64,000 bases of DNA from Octopus sinensis (Eukaryota). The notes beneath the pieces were generated by a model. It was given only the letters and a program-made list of their open reading frames with translations. It made no database searches and had not been told where the DNA came from. Location: NCBI RefSeq assembly GCF_006345805.1, contig NW_021826031.1, positions 310,001 through 374,000 of the forward strand, in the 5' to 3' direction. Each line of letters begins with the position of its first letter. The first letter of the stretch is position 1. Shown one piece after another: positions 46,922 through 59,274 of this stretch. The translations under genes were made by a program, and so were the position numbers.

Positions 46922-48589
46922 TTGATTTTTATACAAATATTTTTTGTTTTGTAATTTTCCGAATATAAATTTTGTATTATTCACAAGTTTTTGAACAGAC
47001 GCTTACAAAAATTGTTATCGCTATCATTATAATCATCAAGGTAGAATGACAAAAAGAAGTCTTCAACCATGGAACTCATCTCAGATTTGTATGATGTATT
47101 GTCCTGGTTATTTTACTGTTTTTAGGTATTCAGAAAGCATTTTTAATAGGGGCTGCTGTTAGAGCCGCATCTCTGATAAATCTCTTCTGCTTGCAAATGA
47201 ATAGATCATCAGTGATTGGGTTACAGTCGATTCTTATGATTTTTATAGTTTATAGGATCTTTGATAATTTGATGGAAGTACTCAAGATTGTCACTTGTGA
47301 GTTCATTATTAAAAATAATATTCCCAGTTCCTGTAAATATAAGTTGTTGAGTAACATTCAACCTATGACAGATGTGTCCTGATCTACGCAAAATTTCAAT
47401 TAATGAAGATTTAACAAATTATTCATTCAATCCGCTGGCAAATCAAAAGAGGAATCTTACATGCGATTCATTTGATTTGTTTAAATAGGATCTTTGCATT
47501 GTTTTTTTCTTTAAGGGTGACCAAAAAGACTGTAATTGTCGGTGGTCATCCATCATATTTGGAAATATTCTGTGGACTTTTTTAAAAAAAATCATAAAAC
47601 ATGTTTTCTTTTTTACTTGCATGCTCTCAACTACTTTGTCTATAATACTTTTTGTAGTTAGATATATGAATTCTGAAAGAATATTTAATGAAATAAGGGC
47701 GGAAATCTATGAATATAACCCACAAAGCCCAGAATTTCTACACCTTTCAGCTTCCTGTAAAGAATATCTGAAATCGTTTTTGGATCCAATAATTTTAAAA
47801 CTGGCTATGAACCCCTCGATGCGGAGTTAAGATGCACAGCTTGCCACCGGTTACTGCGGGCGAAATCCACTAGTACTTTGGAAATACAAAATACTTAAAA
47901 ATCCAATTTGACGACAAATATTTTAAGAATGCAGTATATTTGTCTGATCTGTTATTGTATAGAGCAAATTGGTAACATTTCTTAATAATGATTTTTCCTT
48001 ATTTGTTTGCTAGTTCAATGTTAGGAAAGAAATTAAAGAAGTAAAAAAGCAATATGTACGAAATATTGTTCTTTTTAGAATCAAACCTATTCTTTTCACT
48101 AATGAGTAGGGCAACCACAAAGTTGATTTAAAAATCAAAAATTAACCTCCAAAAGTCAGCAAGGTACAAGACAGGGCTATGCATGTTATATTTGGGTGCC
48201 TGAAATAAACAGCCTGACCACCTCCACTGTGAAACTAATCTTCTTTCGATGCATGCAATAGAAAATCCTGTTTGAGACTAACGGAAAGTAAGCTAAGGAA
48301 CACGGCACAAGGGACAAATATTCCAGCTACAAATATTCTTGATTACTTTGTTTCAAAAACTTGAACAAATGTTTTATTCTTTCATTTGCCAACTTTTTGG
48401 AAGCCACAACATTGGCAAACAACAGAATATTGACTGTATTTTAATTATGGTTCTTTTCTCAAATGCTTTAGGAGCATTCTGTGTGCCTCCAGAGTTGTAA
48501 CAACTGGTGAACCACATGACGCGAAATTTAAACATTCTATTCCTTACGACAACTGTTCCCCGTCCGTTTCACACTTACGTTGGGTCAGA

Positions 48590-49033
48590 GTCCAACATCG
48601 GGAAAAGCTGAGAGAGAGATTTCAGAGATGTTATTGACCAAAGGACCAGGGTAAACCAGTAAATTATAATCCCCCGTGATCCCCGATTCATGTCGCAAGC
48701 GAAGTAGATCCTTCTGAAAGGTTCGAGCCCGCCCGAACTGAGACGACGATGTCCCAGGGTCAGAGTTCTAGAAGTCCTTTTTCGGTAGGCATTAAGTGCC
48801 TCCTCAGCGTTCGAACTGAAGTTCGAACTGACATGGTGGATCCCATAAAGCAACGCTAAGACCGGAAGGAAGGTTAGAGATCCCCACTTTCAACTGTGTC
48901 ATGCCAGAAGTACTCGTCGCCTCGCGGGGAGGGGAACGATAACGAGAATTGACCCCAGCTAAAAACTAGCCTCTTTCGGATTCGATCCCACGACTATCCT
49001 GATCCATTATCCATGACTTCAGCTTCAGCTAAA
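48590..49033 (-). repeat. Longest copy of the SINE-like repeat, with a tRNA-like head
   Basis: B-box-like GGGATCGAATCC (reverse complement of 48977-88) and a weak A-box-like TAGCTGAAG. Homologous to 38590-38770 and 22335-22490. Confidence 0.55.
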
Positions 49034-49209
49034 GGGGAATATGACTGAAGTGATCATTCAGATCCCCCATCCTGACAAAGAGAAAGATCTTGGGGATTGT
49101 TGGAATCACCTAATTAATTACTCTAATTAACTGTTGATAATTCTCGGGTTAAATTAAAAAATAAAAATAGATTTGCTACAAATTCAAGTGCTGGTTGTAT
49201 AAGTTTTCA

Positions 49210-50219
49210 ATGTCTTCGGATTTATACAAGCAGCGCTTAAAATTCCTCGAAAAGGCAAAATCTGTCTCTAAAGATGTTCCCCCTCTCCAGGTGAATAAAG
49301 AAGCCCGAAATAGTTTATTTAATTAACTAATTGGACAAGAACGCTTTTCATTTGCAACAGCAAAACCAAAAATAAGCCAAAAACAGCGTTTTTCAACATT
49401 AGCCCGAATTGTCATGTATTTAAAAGTAATAATCAAATTTAAAAAATGAAGGAACGATACAAAGAGGGACATCGAGATGACTTTACTCTCGACGAGATCC
49501 TCGAAAGGCTCGAATGTGATTTGGAAGAACGAGACCGCGATTGGCTACTCCACGAGGCCCTTCCTGCCAACGCCAAAGTCGAGATCGGAGAATACAACCA
49601 AATCAGCTACGTTCCGTCTTACAACATAAACAAGGCCACGGACTTGTTCAAACAAATCAAACAGCACGCAGAAATGGGATTAGAAGGGATATTACTCTCA
49701 GAACTGAGGGAGTCAATGAAGGACCCCGATCGCGTGATTGAGGTAGATTTGGTGTGTATATTCGGAATATGACTGAAGTGATCATTCAGATCCCCCGTCC
49801 TGACAAAGATGTCTCCTTATTTTACCGAGGAAGCAAAAAGTTTCGAGTTACAGTGTCTGAGGGTATTGTGGGGGGCCGGAATGTTAGAGATAATGCAGTT
49901 GTGGAATACTGTGAGTGTCGAGGGATGCGACGAAATGGCCATTGAGTCACATTTGCAGAAAGAGGGGATTCACTGTCGGCAGGATACGATCGCAATGAAA
50001 TCAGTTGATTATCAGTTCTCAACTCGCAGGCAATCCCGGCCAAAAAGGATTCTAAGCAGAGCAAAAGACGGAGTACCAAACAGACGAATACTCATGTCGA
50101 TTAAATCTATGAAATATTTTTTATGTCTTTTTACCACCATCAAAGTAGACTGCATTACTTTTCTGTTGTTTTTTGGTTTTCTGATATTTCGTCCCATGCT
50201 TCATTTAAGTTTACTGTAA
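49210..50219 (+). CDS. GTF2E2: Transcription initiation factor IIE beta subunit, multi-exon
   Basis: FNILARIVMYLK, FTLDEILE...WLLHEALPANAKVE, GLEGILLSEL, RPDK and LWNTVSVEGCDEMAIESHLQKEGI. 3' end uncertain. Confidence 0.88.
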
Positions 50220-50377
50220 GTATCGCTTGTCGGATGGGATATTGAAATCCTTACAGTAGAAGAGGAGATACTAAAATAGGCGCAGTCCTACTTAAAACGG
50301 ACTTAGGTGAGCATCATCGAACGTTTAATAGCAAAATATTATTATTTTAAAAAAGTTCAATTTTCATACATTTTCTA

Positions 50378-51061
50378 CTAAAATTTGTTTTTCATCAAAT
50401 AGTTTCTGTAGGCTTCTTGCTCAGTAAGATATCCTCTTGGATCACAGTAGTGGGGATATTGTTTGTAGAAATTACAATATCCTCCTTCTATAATTGCCAA
50501 ATTGGGATATAATAAAGATTTTCCTTCCCGAATTCCTTTTGTGTTAACTTTTTGAATGATTGAAATAATTTGTTTGCATCTTTTCGACGAAAATTCACAA
50601 TAAAAAATAAGAATAGAATTGCTTCCAGCTAATGTAAATTTCTTTCTTGCTGCACGTTCTGACATTAAACTTGCACCAACGACGTGCCCCATTTCATACT
50701 CTTCTACTGAGCGACAATCGAAAATGTTGTAGTTACGAAACACATCTCCAAAATCATTTCTGATAATTTTAAGAACGTATTTGGGGGTAATGAGAGGCAC
50801 CGACAAGTAAGGCTCAATTTCAAATTCGATTTTGTAAAGATTCATTTTTCTGATTAAAAGAGATTCAAATTCGGGAAAATAATCGTAAAAATTTTGTTCA
50901 AGATTAGAAGTTGGTTCTTGATTTATAATTTTTTCAGTAACATTGACATCTATGAAAGACAAGTTTACATTATTTTCTTTGATTTTTATTTCAGTTGTCG
51001 ATTCAAGATTTTCTTTTTCAATGATTTGAGAACTATCATTTTTATCAAAATAGGAATTCAT
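50378..51061 (-). CDS. CDC25: Cdc25-type rhodanese-fold phosphatase
   Basis: IFDCRSVEEYEMGHV, LIFYCEFSSKR (CX5R) and LYPNLAIIEGGYCNFYKQYPHYCDP. Confidence 0.88.
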   Translation of the reverse strand: MNSYFDKNDSSQIIEKENLESTTEIKIKENNVNLSFIDVNVTEKIINQEPTSNLEQNFYDYFPEFESLLIRKMNLYKIEFEIEPYLSVPLITPKYVLKIIRNDFGDVFRNYNIFDCRSVEEYEMGHVVGASLMSERAARKKFTLAGSNSILIFYCEFSSKRCKQIISIIQKVNTKGIREGKSLLYPNLAIIEGGYCNFYKQYPHYCDPRGYLTEQEAYRNYLMKNKF

Positions 51062-51619
51062 TACCGTAAAAAAACCAAAAAATATTTAACGTTGAGTTTT
51101 AATAAAAATTCTTAATTTAGAATTTTTTACTTTCGTAATTTCCAGGCATACTTCCGATAAAAAACCAACTTAACAAATACACATTTCTTACCATTGTCAA
51201 GTCACAACCTTGCAGACGATTCCAGAGGTTTATAAGGCAATCTCACTGGCTTTGCAAAAATGTTTTTGGAATGTTAATTATATATGAATTAGGTTAATAC
51301 ATAGGAGGGCGTTGTCGTAATGTGATCATTCAGACGGGAATCGTTGATTAGTGTAGCTCAAAAGTCATGAATGAATAACAACAATCCGGATATCCATAAA
51401 CAGATGTTCAAATAGAATCATCCATTTTATTTTAATAATATTGAGGTCAGTGACTTGTACTGGTTGGTGACTTACATTTTTTTACACTTGTTTCTGATTG
51501 TTTCATCTATTTGGGGAATTATTCCATTTTTTTATTCCACTATATATCTTGATAAATATAACCATCTACTAAAATTTGTATTCAAATGATATCTTGTAAT
51601 TTATTGTAACTTATGATAT

Positions 51620-51838
51620 ACATCCCAACTCTTCCGGAATTTCTCACATGAGACTACTCACAGAATCAGAATGGAGGTCTTTGGGTGTAAATCAGAGTCG
51701 CGGGTGGGAACATTACATGATATATAGATCCGGTCTATTCATACTATTTTATTTGTAGAACCCCGATTTTCTTCTCTTTCGTCGTAAATTTTCCAAAATA
51801 CCTAATTTCTATACTTTTTGTTTGTGTGAATTCAGGTG
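51620..51838 (+). CDS. CKS1: Cyclin-dependent kinase regulatory subunit Cks1/Suc1; 5' exon not resolved
   Basis: LLTESEWRSLGVNQSRGWEHYMIY|EP(D)FLLFRRK with a 26-nt intron at 51733-58 and an extra C in a C-run. Confidence 0.85.
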
Positions 51839-52039
51839 ATGATTGTTATTTATTAATTTTAATAAAATCACAGTAACATACTTTGATTAGATATACAAGA
51901 GAGTGGTCCTCGTGGGATTACTCCGAGTTACTTTAAACATTTTATAGTGGCGAGAAATACTGAGACAGGAATTCTGATTTTTAACTGAAGTAAGATCATA
52001 TAGTCTTTTTTTTTGATAGTTTAAATTTAAATAAGACAA

Positions 52040-52420
52040 CGAAAATCGTTAAGTCCCAGCGGCAAGGACGCAGTGTGCGTTACCCCGTACAATGGCCAGG
52101 CCGATGCGCTGGCGGAACCAGAGGCCCTCTCTCGTGTCCTTGAGCCTCCTCCCGATGGACTGCCCGACCTCTTTGAGGAACGAGTCAGTCTCCTTTCCCG
52201 CAGCTCCAGCGGTCTCCAGGGCGATTGCCGTAACGAGGTAGCAGTCCGCGAGGAGGTAGCGGTCCGCGAGCGAAGAATATTTTTGTAGTTTCATCTTTTC
52301 GGCGTGGTTTGGAGCCGAACAAGGGTTTGCGGCGGAAGAATGGATCCTCGATTTTGAAAAGGTATCCACAGCGGTAACATCCCATACGAGGGCCTTCCCC
52401 GACGAGTACGGGTATCATAT
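52040..52420 (-). mobile_element. CRE-clade 3' fragment
   Basis: KMKLQKYSSL...IALETAGAAG...WFRQRIGLAIVRGNA. Confidence 0.8.
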
Positions 52421-52980
52421 AGTCTTATTGAACACAATCTTTTTTGTTTGTCGCCTCCCATCACCGAAGAAGACATCTGATAAAGATTGATCTCCTGATT
52501 TACTTTTTAAGTTTACTACATTCATTTAATAAACTGCCATTCAATGAATTTAGCATAAACTGAATGACTAGACACAATATTTGTAATATATCTAAGCAGT
52601 TTTGCACAATATGAAGGGAATAATAGCTTCATGGATCACATAATGAGAACTGAAAAAGTAATTAAACTGTCCAAAGTGATACCAATAAAGAATTCTTTTA
52701 CCCAAAATTTAGTCAAAATGATTTTCTCCGTGAGTTGCCAAAATACTAAAGTTATGATTTATTCGATAAGTTTAAAATTAATTAATGCACTCCATATCCA
52801 CTTTACTTACTTCTTTAAGTAACTCCTATATAATAAAAGCGATTCCTAATAATATCAAACGACAGTTGGCGAAAATAAAAAGAATTATTATAAGTCAAAA
52901 ATGAAGAAACCCGCTCTTCTCGGCTCATCCAATAGCGTCCTCCAATTTAAAAGCCAATTAAATTAATTCCAAAAATAAAA

Positions 52981-53463
52981 TTATTTTTTATTAGCATTAG
53001 AGTTGGGCCCCACTCTTCTCATCGTGGAAATCTTGACGCATTTGACTCTTTTATTGTACTGTTCTCTGCGATGACAACGACCAGTCTTTCGACGTCTCTT
53101 CTCTGTCTTGGGAATCTAGAAATAAACAATTTCTGTCCACTTTGGGAGTCCGATTCCGCACTTTGCCGACGTGCATGAGCGATCCGTGCTGACGACCTGT
53201 CATCTACACAACATTCAGACCTCCATGACACTTTAGCAGTAGATTAACCGATTTTGTGGGGATATTCGCAAGTTTGTCATTGTCAAAATAAACGTGGCTG
53301 TTGGAAAACAAGACCTGTTCAGATCCATCCAGATTATAATGAGAAGAAAGGTATTTCTAGCATTTTTGTATAGTTTGAAAACAGACCTTAGATCCTGAAT
53401 AGTACCCTGCTTATCGACATTAGCGACAAATGATTTTTCAACTCCTTTTACAATTATTTGCAT
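52981..53463 (-). CDS. FAU: Ubiquitin-like protein / 40S ribosomal protein S30 fusion
   Basis: Ubiquitin-like N-terminus MQIIVKG, followed by HGSLMHVGKVRNRTPKV...KTGRCHRREQYNKR...GPNSN. Confidence 0.9.
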
Positions 53464-53649
53464 ATTGACCACGAGAGACTATCAACAATAACACGTTTTA
53501 TGAAAAGTATTATCAAAAAATAGTTTATTTAATTCAAAAATAAAAAAAATTGAAAAGTTTTATTATATTAATCAAATAAATTATTTTATTATTTTTGTTG
53601 CAGTAGTGAAGAAAATATTTTTATGTTTTACTAAATAGGAGGGTTTTGA

Positions 53650-54185
53650 GGTGTATGGCACAGAGCTCGTTCTAAATTGTGTTAATTTCATTGAACAGTC
53701 GATAGCATAAGCATTTATTGACCGTCCAGCAGAGAGAAGCTGAAACCAAGATACTGCACCACGAGAAGCCGTCATTAAAAAAATCAATTAATATTTAAAA
53801 TTACATTTTATTATCGTAAAATAAAATAATGAAATTGCCGTTCAAAATTTTCTTCTTTAAGCAGACGGCTCTCACACTCTATATGGCACAGATCGGGTCT
53901 CTTGTGCCTCTCGAGAGTGTGGAATATCGGCCATTAGACGGCATCTAAATTCATATTTTGACCTTCCTAAGCAATTCCGTTCCCTTTTCTCAGTTTATGG
54001 TCGGCCTCAATCGAGTTGTGCTGCGAGTTGACTCATAGTTTGCCAAAATACTCAGAAATGCCAGTTTTTCACAATGATTAACAAATTTGGCATTCAGAAC
54101 AACTGTCTGAGCCCCATTTACCTTCTAGTTTGACTGGGTTTGAATTGTCCTCTCATTTTTACGACCACACGCCATTCCAAGACCA
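53650..54185 (+). pseudogene. Decayed MutS-homolog ATPase fragment, most like MSH5
   Basis: KQTALTLYMAQIGSLVPLES, SQFMVGLNRV, MINKFG and CPLIFTTT resemble MSH5 (KQVGLITFMALVGSFVPAE, STFMIDLNQV, LIDEFG, CPHIFVAT). Walker A is not recognisable and in-frame stops are present. Confidence 0.6.
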
Positions 54186-54779
54186 TATTTCAGCATTTTG
54201 GGAACTGTTTTTCAACCGTCTTCAGAGTATGTGATTGTGGATAATTTGGGCATGAATATACGAAATGTTATATTAAAAAAACTATATACTTCGTCTCCAA
54301 GAAGAGTCTAAGGACCACGACTACTTATTGTATTCTATTAATGACATCTTAAATACCAGTTTTTAAATTTGATATCTCAAACTGTAATTTGGAGTCTGCT
54401 TGATGTGCTGAAAGTATTAAAAATAGTTTATAATTATCTTTTTGGAATATTTAATTCCTTTCATTCAGCCTCAAATATATTCAAACAAACAACACATCCC
54501 GGAATTTTATAATTGGCTTTATGGATTCAGGGATAGAATGAAAGAACAAAGGTAAATTGAAACTACTTAAAATTTTTGGCAAATCTTTTAGAAGTTTCTT
54601 TAATTTCTGTTACAGAATTTGTTCTTTGAAGTTAATTTTAATTAATTTTGTTGAATATTTAATTAATTGTATTGAATTTAAAAATATATGTTATGTCGGT
54701 TAGGCTGTTTTAAATTATTTTATTCACAACGTTTCTACCGAAATAAGAGTAATCGGGTAAAAATACTAATTAATAAATA

Positions 54780-56041
54780 ATTTATACAGAACAAACTCTC
54801 CCGACCAATAGAAGACGGAAATATAGAAAGTGGATTACGAACTCTTGATGCTATGAATTCAAGAACATTTGGGAAGTTGTGGCCAGGAATAAGATTAGCA
54901 TTAGCCTGTAAACAAAAACTCGCCGTTCTCACTCACAATAAGGATAAAAGTGACTTTTCTGTTCAAAAATACGTTCAAACTGGATGTCAAGATCTTCTCT
55001 CATTCTGTTTTTCTGATCATTACGCCACAACAACTAAAACTCCAATTTTACGTCAGATAGTCCCTTCAATTCATCAACCTGATCTTGAAACCACTTTTTC
55101 AACATTCGACAATGATTTGTACCGTTTTGTTCCATCAGAAATGCACAAGACAAGCCAGGATGACTTGGAGAATAATCTTAATAACTTAAAGTCACCGAAA
55201 GTCGTTAAATCTTGTCTAACAAAAATCAATCTTAATGGTTTTCAACTTTTTGCTTTCCCTCGTGGGTCGTTTTTGAATCCAGAATGTCATCAGGGTGATT
55301 TTTTGCGTTATTATGTAGAGAGGGTGAATTTTCCTTAATCGATCCTTCGATAATTTTGCCGTTTTTTGCAGCAGATGTCTCCAAGGGTCAAATTATGTTT
55401 ATTGGGAATAAAAAATCTGATTTATTCCAAATTCTTTGTAAAATTTTTCCTAAATGTTGTGATTTTGTTTTAAATTTTATTTCAGCCAGGCTGCTGTTTC
55501 AGCCAGTTGTTCTAACCTTGACATTTGGTCAGTTTTCAGATATTCGTAATTTGAAAAGTAGTTTGTCAAATAATATGAATGTTGTTATTTTTTTTGATTT
55601 TTAAGGTTTTTGTGGATTGTCTTGACGTTAATGACAGAATGGTTCTCCCTTCTCATATTCAAATTCTTCATCCAAAACGGAATGTCGAACGAGTGAGGCA
55701 AGCCGAACAACAAATCAATCTTTTAGTGTAAATTACTTTTATTTAATGTTAGATATGCTCTCAGAAATGTTGCTGTTGGAGGTTCTGTTGTTTATTGTGT
55801 CAGAAGTCTTGCCGGAATCTACACTGATAATCTGATAGACCGCCTTTTTTATGTTTTGTCCGTAAATTGGATGGAAGTGCAGTCAAAGTTTGTTATTGAA
55901 GATATTTCGGTCTTCCACAGTAGTTTTCAAAAAATATTTCGAATGGTTTCTTCACCTAAAGGATTTGGCCAGTTTGTACTTCCATCAATTTTGGAAAATT
56001 ATGGACCAATTTATTTTTGCAAAATTGTTCGTATAAAATGA
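54780..56041 (+). CDS. NOL1/NOP2/Sun-family (NSUN5/NSUN7-like) protein, divergent, multi-exon
   Basis: ALRNVAVGGSVVYCVRSL and C-terminal YFCKIVR resemble the motif-VI region and tail of RsmB/NSUN enzymes. Similarity is weak. Confidence 0.4.
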
Positions 56042-57385
56042 TTTTTTTAATTTTGGACTTATTTAAAAAATTTTTAACTTATAAATAGACAATATACTTT
56101 TGACTTGATTTCGAAAAAATCTTTTAAAATTATATTCTGTATAACTTTTAAAATTAAAACGGTCGGAAGACTGATATTCACATTTTCGAGTTTACTTGTT
56201 TAGTAGTCACATTCTGGATGAGGCAAGAGTGGTGAGTGAGAAATCAGTCAGTTGCTTCCTCCAAAGACTTCACAAGGGATAAAGAAAGCAGACAATTACT
56301 CAATTGACTGTTTAGTCAATATTGGAAGTATTCACGTTTAATATTTTGTCTATTCCAAATTATCAAATGCTTACTTATTCACCTTGTTTCTTGCCAATGT
56401 CCACTATCATTTTTCTTTGATATTAATAGTGGAGATAAATAAGTTAAAACAAATTATTTTCACATGTGTAGAGAATTAAAGGAAAAAATACAAGAGAATG
56501 TGTCCTGCTAAAAGGGGCTTATTAAAAAAGAGGTGATAGACATGTGTAAAAATCATGTTAATATATTGCACTAAAGAAACTCATAAATATCAATGTCTAA
56601 TATCCAATGATTACGTTGAAATTACTTTGTTATTAAAACTGATGACTAACCAAATAAATTGATTGCCTCCCCAATGGAAACTAAATGACTAAAATGTCTC
56701 AAATTGATAAAATTTGATTAAACAAGGTTATCCAATTATGTCGTGTTCAACCCTTGGAGATCTCAAAGCCAAATTTTCTCCATCTCTCCCGATCATTCGC
56801 AATTTTGAGAAGCCACAATGATATATGACGAAATCATCAGAACCAAAAAACTACAGTCAATCCAGTGAAGTTCACTTATTCCAAGTATGTCAACATCAAG
56901 CCTTCTCATTTCCCTTTATAGAATCCTCTGTGCCTACAATCCGGGTGGTCTTAGAGAAAAGTTGTCAACATAATTGGGGATACGTAATGAAAGAGACACT
57001 TCGGTGATTCGTTTAATCTCTTCGTTAACGATCTTTCCTTGTTTTCATTTCGCTTGTGTTTTTAATCAATAAACGACATTCCATTCCCTCAGGGAAAAAT
57101 TCTTTCTGACTCCAATTGTTGTTGAAACTTTTCCAAATGAAAGCTCGCAAATTCATTTCCTTGATGGGCTTTCTCATTTCCAAAAATCAAGAAAAATCAC
57201 TAAGACGCATCATGTGATCAAAATAGATTTTCGAGAATTTATTTTTTTGCTGTCGGCAGTCAAAAATATATGCTTTGAATATTTTTATTATTTAAAATTA
57301 AAAAATGAATATTGATAAATAAGTCTTTAAATCGAAAATTGTTTGTTGAGAAATGAGGTTTTGCTGTTTTAAAAAAATTTTCAAA

Positions 57386-57635
57386 TTAGACGGAAAAACA
57401 AAAAAAGTGTTTCTTGATAAAATCACAAGCCGAATCACAAAGCTTTGCTATGGCCTAAACGAGCGAATTTATTTTTCAATAGGCTCAGGTGACCCTCAAA
57501 GTGGTCAATGGCCTCTACTCCGGTGTAAAAATCAAAGAACTTAACAATCTGGCTGCAGATTTTCAGTCACAATATTATCTAGAAATGTTTTAGATGCGGC
57601 GGATCAGTTTTATCGTTATATCCACAAGGAGACAT
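57386..57635 (+). pseudogene. RRM1: Ribonucleotide reductase large subunit N-terminal (ATP-cone) fragment
   Basis: DGKTKKVFLDKITSRITKLCYGLN, AQVTLKVVNGLYSGV...ELNNLAA and HKET. No downstream RNR motifs seen. Confidence 0.75.
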
Positions 57636-58137
57636 CGAGACCATACCCCCTTGTGTATATCTATATAATATAGTCCAAATCCATAAACAAGTTTATGATT
57701 GATTTCATTAAAATAGACTATTAACGACGCAATCAAAAAATTTTGGAACTTCAATATCATGTGGTGTTTTATAAAATTATTCACCAATGACTATTCAATT
57801 TAGTCTTTCGAAAAAACATTTTCGTTGGAGAACATTCGAAATCCGAATTATAGAAATTACATATACCGTGAATCCATTTAGTTTTTTACATAAAAGTGTT
57901 TTCCATTTTCAATTCTAATAACGAAGGGTGAAATTCGATTTTCAAAAAATATGATCATTTTTTGGAAGCTTAGTCGAAAAAAGAATGATTTGGTGATGAA
58001 AATAGGTTATTATACTTTTCAAAAAACATCAAAATACTTTAAATTCTTCGAACTATTTTTATGTTTTTGGAATTATGTGCACAAAAATCTTTATAAACAA
58101 ATTTTCTTAGCGCCCCAGTAGAAAATGTCATCAGAAA

Positions 58138-58608
58138 ATGGTGAAACGTCGGAATCCAAATCAGAAGAATCTTTTCAACAACAAAGGTATTTTTTTAATA
58201 AAAAATAGCGAATGGTCTTCGAATACCTCCAATTCTTTCGACCCTTTTGACGGATATGAAGTCAAATCTCGAGAATCTCCCACTGAGGAAGAGGAAAATA
58301 GCAAATCACCGATGAGCTCTAATTCCTCATCTGATTCCTCATACGTTGAACAAGAGAATTCCGGAATCTGTTGTTCTTGTAATCGTATTTACAACGAGAA
58401 ACAACGACAGCCACTAATCTTACCCAAATGTAGACATACAATATGCAGAAGATGCATTGTCAAACAACTTAGTGTTACAGGGTGGACAATTAAATGCTCC
58501 TTTTGTGAGAAAAAAACGGAACTTCCCCTCCACAATCGTTTATCGGTTCTCAGATTAAATAAACTGGCTCTTCAACTTTCTATTATTAAGAAAAACACCG
58601 ACGTTTAA
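58138..58608 (+). CDS. RING-finger (C3HC4) protein; further exons likely downstream
   Basis: CCSC...PLILPKCRHTICRRC...KCSFC...NKLALQL. Confidence 0.75.
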   Translation: MVKRRNPNQKNLFNNKGIFLIKNSEWSSNTSNSFDPFDGYEVKSRESPTEEEENSKSPMSSNSSSDSSYVEQENSGICCSCNRIYNEKQRQPLILPKCRHTICRRCIVKQLSVTGWTIKCSFCEKKTELPLHNRLSVLRLNKLALQLSIIKKNTDV

Positions 58609-59274
58609 ATTTAACTTTAATCAACGTCTAACAAAAATTAGTAATTTATTATATCACTATGTTTCATTTCTAAATTACTTGAAACTCGGATGTTGTCAAC
58701 ATTAGCACTGAAGAAATTAAAATCGACATGGTTGAGTTACGCAGATCTCTCAAGCCATGTAAAAATATGTTTTTATCCTGTTCATCTTACTGTAAAATTC
58801 AGGAATATGAGAAAGAATGAGTAATTTATTAAAAATCTCAGTGCTTTTCACAGGAAACAAGTCAGGTCATTACTGAAAACACAAAGATAAAAAACCGTGT
58901 TTTATACAATATGCTGATTTCAAACGACAGTAAAAGAGATATCTTACAGATTGCGCAGAAACTGAAATTATCAAGACAAATAGCTATTGAGGACTAGATT
59001 GATGCTTTGGAGCAGATGGGAGAGTTTAATATGTCAGTAAAAAGGTCATCTCTACCTACTGGGGTCGGTTAGTCCCTAAGTTTAGGAAATGCCTAAAGAT
59101 TTGGGACAGTTGTCGAGCTGTGGGTGAATTGATGGATATGTTTGGCATTAAATTATAAGTTTAGAAATAATTTTAAAAAATAAAATTTAATCACAATATC
59201 ACATTTGTGATACATTAAATTATTTAATTATAAAAAAACCATTTTTATAATTTCGAGGCACCTTAATTTTACAG

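Noticed and set aside
47380-48530. Possible M13 peptidase or other host gene remnant
   Set aside because: Only vague similarity, with no HExxH or other diagnostic motif and many stops.
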